A DNA stretch of 64,000 nucleotides from Leptogorgia sarmentosa (lineage: Eukaryota), in the NCBI GenBank assembly GCA_964658305.1, contig OZ210886.1, positions 434,001-498,000 on the forward strand. Reading direction: 5' to 3'. Numbering within the stretch: the stretch's first letter is position 1; each line of letters begins with the position of its first letter. This document shows positions 1-11,113 of this stretch, in pieces. The translations under genes were made by a program, and so were the position numbers. The notes under the pieces are model-generated. The model worked only from the letters and a program-made list of their open reading frames with translations, did not search any database and had not been told where the DNA came from.

Positions 1-1224
1 CCAAGATTTCAAATACCCAACTACAATGCAGGTATATGGTGCAATACACATCGTAGAAGTTCACTTGACAAGGTTTTTCCTTTTCCTTTGGAAATAACAC
101 TTTAATAGGGGAAATTTGAGAAAACATACTCGCCATCCAGATTCGGTACTCGATAATTTCCAAGTATATAAGACAAAACATACACGAATAACATCTTCTT
201 GTAAACTCAAGTTTTGAGTTATTTAGAAAACAAGACACAATATTCTGAAGAATTAATATTCAAGAATACCGTAGTAATGTATAATAACTAATAACGATTG
301 CCTCGTTATTTTTAGTTGTAATTCTGGTTATAGTGGACAAAGGTGCAGTTCGCAAGTGATAGGTAAGAGATTTTAATAGTAATGGATAGTTTTTTATGTA
401 ATTTGGCTACTGGATAGTGTAGCCAACATAAGTTGTTCAGAATAATCGCCCGACTTGAGGTGTGTTCGGCGGTTTGGTTCTTTCATGCGACTTTAGTAAG
501 ACTCTTAAGGTAGTTAACTCGAACAGAAAACTAACGGACAGAAAATCTGGACTTCTAAGATTTGTCTAGCTAACCTATCCTCTGTTTTTTAGGTTCAAAT
601 AACGATGACGATGATGATTTTGAAGAATATTGGATTGCTATTGGCATTTGTATTGGTTTACTTGTATTAATTATAATATTGCTGATATTTCTGGCATTGC
701 GAAGACGCAGAAAATACTACGTTACAAGGTAAGATACCTCAGATACCCATGCCAAGGCAATACTAAAACTGGTAAAAATGAATGAAAAGCGTTTGGATAA
801 CTATTATCACCTATGGATCTTGGGAGATTACCATTGAAATTAAATCAAACCATGTTTTTTTTTCAGAGAAAGCGTTATGTCAATTGGTCGTACTTCAGGT
901 GATGTCTTCTTCAACCCAGCTTATGGTCATTCGCGGGAATATCTGGCCGGTAAAGACGAATCAAGTAACGTCGTTCCTCTGGAAGTGGTCTATGAAAACA
1001 GTTCGAGTAGCTTCAAAAAGGACACTTACCAAGAACCAGAGTTTATGTCAAATAAGAAACCACAAGATGATGACGATGAAGAAGAAGATATTTATAAAAC
1101 ACAACTTCTACTTTTCCTAAAGCAAAATAATCTTTTGAAAAATTCTTCAGAAGATACGCAGAAGCCATCATGGGCATCAAGTAGATCTTCCGTATCAACC
1201 GCAGACAGTGACTCAGGTCTTTAG
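1..1224 (+). CDS. 3' part of a single-pass receptor: EGF-like repeat, TM helix, cytoplasmic FxNPxY motif (LDL-receptor/LRP-family-like); 5' end lies outside the window
   Basis: GT-AG exons <1-31, 316-362, 593-728, 867-1224 splice in frame to ...QCSCNSGYSGQRC (EGF C-terminal half), WIAIGICIGLLVLIIILLIFLAL-RRRRK (TM plus basic stop-transfer) and a tail containing FFNPAY. AATAAA at 1767-1772. Confidence 0.7.
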
Positions 1225-1901
1225 ACGATGAAGCCTGTTCATAACGAGTAGGCCATTCATCCCAGAACCACCATCAATAATTCAATTATATTAACACTGG
1301 GATTAACACGAGTTCATGCCCTTAAAATTCGATCAAATACTGACATTTTCTAGGCTAGACTTCTGAATTTAATTCTCATGGTTGAATGGCATGCATGTAC
1401 GGTAGCATATCATTACAGGGTAAAAAAACTATGCAAACAATGTGGTTTTCTTTCATTTTTATTCATTATAGATTAGATTCACTACTTCGATAACTTATTT
1501 TCAAGTTTAGTTTAAAATATCTTATGTTGCGCACGCACAATGAAGAGAAAACTGGTAGTCAGTCGGTAGTCATTGTGCAAAACACCTCATTCATTAACAT
1601 GATGGTTTGACGAAGCACTATGTGGTGGTCAAGAAGGAGTATATCATTTAGAAAAAAGAACTGAGTGTGGAGAAGTGAAAGCACAATTTTAGAGCGACCT
1701 TGTATTCTGCAAAACGGGGCTTATGTGACTTGGAGTGTTCTTTATGTACACTTGCATTAAGTGTGAAATAAATACCTCGATATTAAACGTACTGTGTTCT
1801 TGGCCACCATGTGCTGCTCTCATAACCCCAAATGCAATTCTGCACTAAAAATATTCCTATATATAGAAGTAATTACCTACAGCATATCCTTGAGGCATAG
1901 A

Positions 1902-4900
1902 TCAATGAGCAACTTTCAAAGGAGAAAGATGTCTTGAGAGCGGCGGTGCTGTATCCACTGTTTGTTTACTGCCTTGGCTACTTTGCAAATCATATAGAGT
2001 ACGTTGGAAACGGCTCCACTCATCTGAACGAGGGGTGGCTAGTCGCTGAAACAAAATTATAAACACCAAATGTTATATAAGTTCCATTACAAACTATGAA
2101 GTTCTTTTCATACTTTCAGAAATTGCCACAGATGCATTTCGGGCAACATTTGATTTCATGAACGTTTTTATGTGCGCAATGAAAAACTAAAGAATATCAG
2201 GTTCCTAAACAACTACAGATTATTCAAAATATTATTGAAATAATATTTCCAATATTGGAATGTAATATTTTTTTTCTATTATTTCTCTTGCTATTACATT
2301 TGATGTTATCCAACATACCTCTCCAACATCAAAGAAATACACATGTCCATCATCATCTCCAGCCACGATGTGATTGCCATTCTGTGTCCAACGACATCGG
2401 TTCAAAGATCCTGAACTTTCAATTGATGTGTTTGCAGTGGGAATCTAAGTATTGAATCAAACAGATTAATGTAGACATTTTGTTGATTTTATTGGCAAAT
2501 TGGCAAGCGCGTGTATAGTCTGTTGCATCCTGGTCTGTAGTGTGGACCCAAATCCTACAAATTGTTGTTGTCTGATAGATTTCGAAAGAATGGTGTGTGG
2601 AATGTGTGCCCTTGCAGAGTTGAAAACTGCTGCATGTGCAGAAGCAAGCGAGTGAGAACTGATATTCAGCCTTCACACGAAGGCCTGTTTGTTAGTACTA
2701 CAAAAAACTAAAGCAACTAATACCTCCGTATCATTGTTAAGATTCCAGAGATCAAGTCTTCCCAGCCCATTGACAGTAGCAAACACAGCAGGATGAATAG
2801 GGGACCACTGAACGTCATACACGTAATCCCCGCTGTCTTCAAACGAGTACAAAGGAAGTTTACTCTAAAAAACACAAAGAGAAGCAATGTTACTGCAATG
2901 CATATTATATTCTCCTTTAGTACGTGGAATAACTTACCCGATGGCTCCACAGCTTGACAGTCCAGTCAAACGACGAGGTCACAAACAGATGTGAAAAATC
3001 GATCTTCAAAGAATTCAAATTTTGATTAGTATCATGGTTAAAAATGACATGTACGTCATTTCGTACCTCCAAAATGTTAAATATTCAAGTTACCTGCCCA
3101 AATGCTGAATGTGTGTCAACAGCGGTAATAGGTCCCTGATGTCCCTGAGTTTGAAGCTGTCCCACATTTCCTTCAAAAGAGTCGATAATTCCCGCTTTGC
3201 TAAAAAGAAAATATGTCGGGGATAAACAATGAAGGGAAATGTGGGAAGGCTTGTCCAAAACAACTTGTTTTAAAGTGCAAGTCTTGGTCGAGAAGTATTT
3301 GGCCGAATGCGTTCGAAACGTTCCCTCTGGACAGTACTGTATTCAGCACGCATAACCTTCTGACGTCATTATGCATACGCTCCTATTGGTGTTTATCAGC
3401 GTTCGACGTCATACGAATTACTGTATTTACTACACAGTGTCCTATATGGAAAAAATTGAAAGTACGTGTGTCGTTACCTTCCGTGACGACAAGCAGTGTA
3501 TACCGTGCCATCTTCACTGCCAACAACAAAATTGTTCACATCTCCCGCCAAAAATGACATACTGGTCACTGCCACTGACTTGGATTGCTTGTCATGAAGT
3601 TCGATGGATTCCTACAAATGGTTAGATGAAGTTTGACAAATAGCAAAAAAACTTCCCGCAAGATTAATGAAAGCTGGATTAAACAATGTTGTGCTGCCCG
3701 CATTCTACATACTAGTTGTTAACAATGTTCAGTTTAACTTCGATTCAGGCTTGACGATGTTTAATATTTTTGACAACTATGGACAATGTGGGCAGTTAGC
3801 GGGCAGCACAAACATTGTTCGACCCTTTTTCACAGCAGGCGCATAATTTTTGGCTGTGTACTACTTACACACCGGTATTAAACAAAGGGAATTGATTTGA
3901 GGTTGTGTTATTTAGCATATTAAAAAGAAATTGTCTCAAAAAGTATTTTTCTAACGGTACCTGTGGTTGTGACAACATTTCCAAGCTCCAGGAACACATT
4001 CGACCATTAGTTGAGACACTGATAAGATTATGTGCATTTTGTGTACCAACGACATTTACACAATAAACGGGGTGCTGTGAGAACATTGAAAACGACGTTA
4101 TTCTGTAGTCTTTTCAACAAACCTGCGCTCAAAACATGAAGCTTATAGACTGTAAAGTATGTCCATTGGGGCATCATTAGACAAATCATTTACCGTGTGA
4201 GCTTTGGCCGACAGTGGAGTTCGTTGAACTGGTGTTTGTTTATTGCTGCGATTATCCCATAATACAATCTGCCCACAATATGTTCCACCCACAATTAAAT
4301 TCGGATGAAATCGAGCAAACATTGTAGACATCACACCAGACTAGAAATAAAAAAAATAACATCAAACACATCAAACAAATTAACACCCATGGATACTATG
4401 GAGCCGCTGTCTTTCTTGCGAGTAGCAAAACAATCATTTTCTTGGCGGATCAACCCTTTTTCCAGCACACGTTTTTAACAATTATTTCCTGGAAAATTAA
4501 TTATTCTACTAAAACAATTTTTCCATGCATGTAAATACAGTTAAATTTATTCCCACATTGCATTGCGATTCATTGTTTGGCGTGACGTAAGCACTTCAAA
4601 GGTACATGATATACAGCGTTATCACCCAACATCGTACCCAGGGTATTTCTCTCACTCGACTGGTGGCCGCGGTACCATGAAGTGCAGTATTTTACCTGAC
4701 AATGAAAAGTATATTCTGGTGTTGTTTTCTTGTAATTGATGTTCCAAATTAACGCGACACCATCAGGTTCCCGTGGAGCATTTTCATTTTTATAATATGA
4801 CGTAAGCAATAACTCAGGATACTGTAAGAACAAAAAATAATACAAGACTGTGGTGAAATACGGCACCCAACTCGACCACACAGTTCACCACGCAATGCCG

Positions 4901-7674
4901 GTAGGTCGAAGAGGAGATTTATCGCGGGTTTTTTCGAAAAACGTTCGAAACGTGGCGACCGACGCGTGAAAAAATGCTCCGCTGCCATCTTTAAGTTGAG
5001 ACAGAATTTACTACGAAATCACCAAAGAAAAAACAGTACCTGAGTGGACCAATCTAAACTTGTGACAACCCGATTTTTGGTCCATTTTTCATCATAAAAT
5101 TCACGATTGAGTGCGATGTTATCAAAAACGTGACTCTCCCTACAATCATATAATAAATTTGGTTCGTCTTTGATCAACTTTTATAACTTATTCAAAGTGA
5201 ACATTTCCAAGCTTTGATAGCATTTACATTAAAATATGCCTTCAATGCAGGCAACATTCTTTAGTGTGGAGAGACTATATATCCAGCAAAGTTGAGAGAA
5301 TCTTATCGCTAGCTTGAAATGGTTGGATGGCAACAAAATTATAACAAGTAACTGCACGGTAGCTATTTCTAATGGTATTTTCCGACCTTTGAATACTTCA
5401 CAGCATATCTGCAAATGCATTTTGGTGTAGAATAGCTTACCCTTCCACGTCCTCTGTCTTTCCATAATCAAACGTGACATCTTTTTCACAAATTGCTCGT
5501 TCAATGATGCGACTTGCGCGGTCAATAAAATGCTGGAACTCAGGCGAGGAGAGGATTTTCTCCTTTTGTTCTTCTGATAGCTCTACAGTTACTGGGGCTT
5601 TAAATAAAGTAGAGACTTTCACACATAATAAAAGAAAACAATTCGGAGTAAATGGTGACGCAATATGCGCTGAATGATAACGACAATGTTAAACATCGCA
5701 TTCAGGATAATCAGACCACCAATTACGATAAGATGGTAAATTATGTCAAAGATGTATCATGACAAAATTACCGCAGTCTCATCCAGTGCACTGCGATGGT
5801 TGTGGTGAAACAATCATACAGGTGGGGGGGGGGGGGGGGGGGGCAGTATGAAGACTCACTTTTTTGCTCCTCTACTTCATCTTTAACAACTGCTTTCACT
5901 TCTTCCGTTTTCGTCTCAACTTTATCCTTATCACTTGTTGATGGTTCTTCATCTGAAACATAGAGCAGTAAAGAAGGTCAGATCAGTGATTAACATGGTT
6001 TAAAGAATGTATGTACTAGTTCATATATAGACCTAACCAGGAATTACGGTTGCGAAGAATGGAAAGTAGCTGTGATTGTCTTTGCCACTGAATGACATAC
6101 AATTTCTCTCACCTGAATCTGGAGACTTCTGCATGACGGGAGTTTGAGTCTCTTTGTTGTACGATACTATTTCTTTAGGAGGGATATTAGTTTGATTTAA
6201 TGTTGATATGGAGAGTTTTACTGGTGCTCTTAACGGCGATCTATAAAGAAAATAACACGGAATGTACAGCACTGAGCTATACAAGCTTTACTGTAAAGTC
6301 TGTAATTATATTTATAAGTCACGTCTTATTAAAATTAGCAGGTAACATTCTCAAACATATCGTCATAAACAAGTCGTCAACGATATACCTTGTGCACTTT
6401 GTGCAACAGCTATCAGACAGGGCCAGTTGTATAAAAACATAGTTATAGTTAACTATAGTTAGTGCGAAAGTTAACCAATTGGAAACGCATAGTTAAAACA
6501 TAGTTAAAAGTTTTATACAACCGACCCCTGATAATTCTTTTAGGTTCTATGCAGTATAAATTCAAATTTTACTTTTTCGGGAATGGTACCAACATTGACT
6601 TATTGCCACTAACCTGATTGGTGAGTCGGACGATATTTGTTGAGGAGAGTTCGCCGCAGGTTTTTGTGGTGGGCTTTGCGCTAATCAAACAAGACAAAAT
6701 GGAGAGTGTAATGGAACAGGTCGTAGTTTTTTCTGTGCATGTTACATAATGTAAATGTTCACTTCCCAACATCATATAAAACAAGAAGACAGTTGGAAAC
6801 AATTGTACTGTAAAAAGTACAAACCCAACAGGCAAAAGATCAACACTAATTAAATTTAAAAAGTACTAAAAATTTGAAAACTAAAAAACATACAAGTAAC
6901 TGTGGATGTAATCCCACCAAGATCAATATCCTCTAAAATCCGAGCAGCCTCAAGCCTTTTGCGTTCCAAATCTGACTCAGTGTATAACGAAGGACCTTCA
7001 TCAGCTGGCTTGGCAGATTTCCCAGCCTCATTCTAAATTAGGCACAACATTTTATCACACTGATGGATTTAATACTAGATATTGTTTACATAATAGGAGA
7101 TCATGTGTGGTGTGAATCTTTGCTGTCAAGTAGTCATAAAAAAGGCCAGATACTTCATAGATATTAGCCTGAACAGTGAGAACAATGAAAAAATCCCGTG
7201 AATGGGAGTTCAGATTTTTTGGAACCAGCCACCCAAATGATCTTTTTTGTGCATTCATGTTTGAAGGCTGAGCAACCGGATGATTCTTCAGTATTGATTG
7301 TTAAACTTCTGCTATTTCAATTTACCAATTTTTACGTTAGTCATATGATAGTTCTGATCACTCCTAGATATACCCCTGACCTCAAGGGTTATTTTAAAAC
7401 ATGACAGATCACAGATCAGAAAGATAACATTTACGTATATTTTCTTACAGAATTCGTAAGATATACCAATACAGACGTACAGTTTATTTTATATAATGTC
7501 AAAATGAAATACGTACGGCACCAAACCAATACTGCACACTTAATACAACTAATACAGTAAAAATAATTAGTATCAGAACAACAGACTCACTTTTCTCTTT
7601 TGGACCTCTCTGTTTTTCCTGATTTCTTCAAGCTTTTTTCGCTTTCTCTCCAACTCAGCTTTTCTATCCGACAT
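1902..7674 (-). CDS. DYNC1I: Cytoplasmic dynein 1 intermediate chain (WD40), multi-exon
   Basis: First exon 7591-7674 [20 protein letters not shown]; internal exons [110 protein letters not shown]; last exon 1902-2045 [15 protein letters not shown]...stop. All match recalled DYNC1I1/2 sequence. Confidence 0.97.
3637..3860. mobile_element. Decayed MITE in a DYNC1I intron
   Basis: Inverted repeats AACAATGTTGTGCTGCCCGC (3682-3701) and GCGGGCAGCACAAACATTGTT (3799-3819). Right end TTTTTGGCTGTG followed by TA; left end degenerate. Confidence 0.55.
5824..5843. repeat. Poly-G run (20 nt), intronic
   Basis: Directly visible homopolymer. Confidence 0.95.
6418..6530. mobile_element. Short MITE in a DYNC1I intron
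   Basis: Terminal inverted repeats CAGGGCCAGTTGTATAAAA / TTTTATACAACCGACCCCTG with internal ATAGTTA repeats. A similar end (AACAACCGGCCCCTG) occurs near 56621-56635. Confidence 0.65.
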
Positions 7675-7978
7675 TTTACAAAACAGAACTTCCTAGATTT
7701 TGGTGTATTATTGTTGAAAATCTGTGGCTTCTATAGTTTTATTATGATTCTTTCTGCAATATTTTCATCCACACCTACAAATTATTCGCCATATTGTTTT
7801 GAGACTTGATATCGGAACAACACGGAAAGGCTCGACAAAACTTCGTGACATGAAAGAGTGTGGGCACTGAGCTATAAGAAGACTGGAGAGAGTGCAGGTA
7901 CTTTTTTTCAGATAAAAGAGTGTCTCCAAAATTATGGCGTGGATTCATGTGATTCGTCATCATTACCATGACAGCACT

Positions 7979-9540
7979 AAGAGGTGGGAATTTTGTCTGA
8001 GCATGCGCGAAAAATAAATGCGTGGAAATTTGTTTGAACCACGCGCGAATCTTTCCCCCTTCGTGTGATTTTCCCTGAGCGAGCGGCGGGAAATTTAAAT
8101 GCCCTTAGAAAAATGTAAATAAAATGAATATAAACAAAAATTTCGCTGTTTTCCTGGGCGTTTTGTTGGGTTTTTTACATTATCTAATTTTGCAAATGGA
8201 GCAAAAGACAGAGATGCATGCTGTGTTTGTGGCCGAAAAGATTCCCACGGCAAGAAAACGTCTGAAAGATACTATACAGTTAACTCCGCCAACACGGATT
8301 TTTCAAGTTGTTTCGGTCCGGTAAACAACGCCAATGGTGTACTGTGTAGCGCTTTTTACCGAGCTTTGAATAAGTACAAAATATCGAAGGAAATTTGAAA
8401 ACAAAAATTATAGAAATAAAGAGCAAAATTAGCAAACGTTTTGTCATTCTTTTGCGAAGAAAGAAACACAACATGAAGCCACGCAAATATTTTCATCATC
8501 GGTCGGTGCTCGGAATTTACCGTACAAGCTTCGCAATGTTTACGTGCGCTTGCAAGAAATTTTGGTGGAACTTCTCATACTGCTCATGTTTGAGCCCTGA
8601 AATTTCTATGAATGCGAATTTTAATATCAATAAACATGATACTAACGTGATCTATGGTAGAAGTAAAGTGTTTTTATCCCTATTTCGTTTTGAGGCTCTC
8701 GACAAAATTTAAAAATATTCCATTTTTTCTTTACGGGTTGCTTCATAATTTCCTCGACAAAAAATACTAATACTCTAACCTATTGAGTACAGAAAAAAAA
8801 TGCAAATTCTTGGTTATGCTATATTTTCCTTACTTCTGTTGCATGTAAAGAATAATGTAAATGCAAGTTGAAAGCAATCAAAGTAGATCAAGTGTACTTT
8901 CAGACGGCATTTTAGGAGAAGACAACGTGGACAAAATATACACCACGCTTACAAATTGAGCGAAATTCGTATCGGTGCGAATTTTCATTGCTAAAATTGC
9001 TATAAAATTGAAAAGTATAGGACATGTGAACACTTTTAAAATGGGTTTCGTTTTGAGGCTCTCGACTAGATTTTACACAATTTTGCTTTGAAAACTCCGT
9101 AAAAACCTACTAATACTCTGAATAGCCAATTTTACACGAACGATCATGCTATTATGTTATAACCGACAAGAAATCTAACGATATTTTCTGAGAGCTAAAG
9201 AATCAAGGAAAATTTAATCATTTACCCATGTTCGTACGATCGTGATAAACAAGATTTCTAGCGTCATAAACACACGACAATATTGACAGAACGCATTTTC
9301 TACCATGTTTTCGCAGCTGAAATTCCTTCAAAACTAACATCGATCTCAATTAAATTTCTGTAGCGTAAAAATTTCTCCCTGAGCTTCAAAAGAATCTACG
9401 TTTCGACAAATAATTTGCACAAAAAAGGTATATTTGCCGTGACAAAAACCGAACCACGTTGGCACAAGAGATGAAAATCGAATAAATGATGACCCGCGCC
9501 AGCGAATATGTGACCAGCGGAGACAAAATTCCCACCTCTT
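7979..9540 (+). mobile_element. Inner TIR element, copy 1 (1562 bp)
   Basis: Perfect 20-bp TIR AAGAGGTGGGAATTTTGTCT / AGACAAAATTCCCACCTCTT; near-identical to 9550-11113. Its zinc-finger ORF is frameshifted (one G missing near 8170) and the last Cys is mutated to Phe. Confidence 0.92.
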
Positions 9541-9549
9541 CAGCTGGGG

Positions 9550-11113
9550 AAGAGGTGGGAATTTTGTCTGAGCATGCGCGAAAAATAAATGCGTGGAAAT
9601 TTGCTTGAACCACGCGCGAATCTTTCCCCCTTCGTGTGATTTTCCCTGAGCGAGCGGCGGGAAATTTAAATGCCCTTAGAAAAATGTAAATAAAATGAAT
9701 ATAAACAAAAATTTCGCTGTTTTCCTGGGCGTTTTGTTGGGGTTTTTTACATTATCTAATTTTGTAAGTGGAGCAAAAGACAGAGATGCATGCTGTGTTT
9801 GTGGCCGAAAAGATTCCCACGGCAAGAAAACGTCTGAAAGATACTTTACAGTTAACTCCACCAACACGGATTTTTCAAGTTGTTTCGGTCCGGTCAACAA
9901 CGCCAATAGTGTACTGTGTAGCGCTTGTTACCAAGCTTTGAATAAGTACAAATAATCGAAGAAAATTTGAAAACAAAAATTATAGAAATAAAAAGCAAAA
10001 TTAGCAAACGTTTTGTCATTCTATTGCAAAGAAAGAAACACAACATAAAGCCAGGCAAATATTTTCATCATCGGTCGGTGCTCGGAATTTACCGTACAAG
10101 CTTCGCAATGTTTACAGCATGCTTGCAACAAATTTTGGTGGAACTTCTCATACTGCTCATGTTTGAGCCCTGAAATTTCTATGAATGCGAATTTTAATAT
10201 CAATGAACATGATACTAACGTGATCTATGGTAGAAGTAAAGTGTTTTTATCCCTATTTCGTTTTGAGGCTCTCGACAAAATTTAAAAATATTCCATTTTT
10301 TCTTTACGGGTTGCTTCATAATCTCCTCGATAAAAAATACTAATACTCTAACCTATTGAGTACAGAAAAAAAATGCAAATTCTTGGTTATGCTATATTTT
10401 CCTTACTTCTGTTGCATGTAAAGAATAACGTAAATGCAAGTTGAAAGCAATCAAAGTAGATCAAGTGTACTTTCACACGGCATTTTAGGAGAAGACAACG
10501 TGGACAAAATATACACCACGCTTACAAATTGAGCGAAATTCGTATCGGTGCGAATTTTCATTGCTAAAATTGCTATAAAATTGAAAAGTATAGGACATGT
10601 GAACACTTTTAAAATGGGTTTCGTTTTGAGGCTCTCGACTAGATTTTACACAATTTTGCTTTGAAAACTTCGTAAAAACCTACTTATACTCTGTATAGCC
10701 AATTTTACACGAACGATCATGCTATTATGTTATAACCGACAAGAAATCTAACGATACTTTCTGAGAGCTAAAGAATCAAGGAAAATTTAATCATTTACCC
10801 ATGTTCGTACGATCGTGATAAACAAGATTTCTAGCGTCATAAACACACGACAATATTGACAGAACGCATTTTCTACCATGTTTTCACAGCTGAAATTCCT
10901 TCAAAACTAACATCGATCTCAATAAAATTTCTGTAGCGTAAACATTTCTCCCTGAGCTTCGAAAGAATCTACGTTTCGACAAACATTTTGTACAAAAAAG
11001 GTATATTTGCCGTGACAAAAAACGAACCACGTTGGCACAAGAGATGAAAATCGAATAAATGATGACCCGCGCCAGCGAATATGTGACCAGCGGAGACAAA
11101 ATTCCCACCTCTT
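9550..11113 (+). mobile_element. Inner TIR element, copy 2 (1564 bp)
   Basis: Same 20-bp TIRs. The dimer as a whole is flanked by the 9-bp duplication GACAGCACT (7970-7978, 11114-11122). 9-bp TSDs are typical of Mutator/MULE or Merlin elements; superfamily not determined. Confidence 0.92.
9695..9955 (+). CDS. Transposon-borne 86-aa ORF: hydrophobic N-terminus plus FAM60A/SINHCAF-like C4 zinc finger (possibly a truncated larger ORF)
   Basis: CCVCGRK...SERYF...DFSSCFGPVNNANSVLCSACYQALNKYK compared with recalled FAM60A CCICRAK...SKRYEKDFQSCFGLHETRSGDICNACVLLVKRWK. Confidence 0.6.
   Translation: MNINKNFAVFLGVLLGFFTLSNFVSGAKDRDACCVCGRKDSHGKKTSERYFTVNSTNTDFSSCFGPVNNANSVLCSACYQALNKYK

Noticed and set aside
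7865..7877. CAC-starting end as Transib/RAG-like or CACTA terminus
   Set aside because: The duplication is 8 bp, not the 5 bp or 2-4 bp expected, and no RAG/Transib coding sequence is visible.
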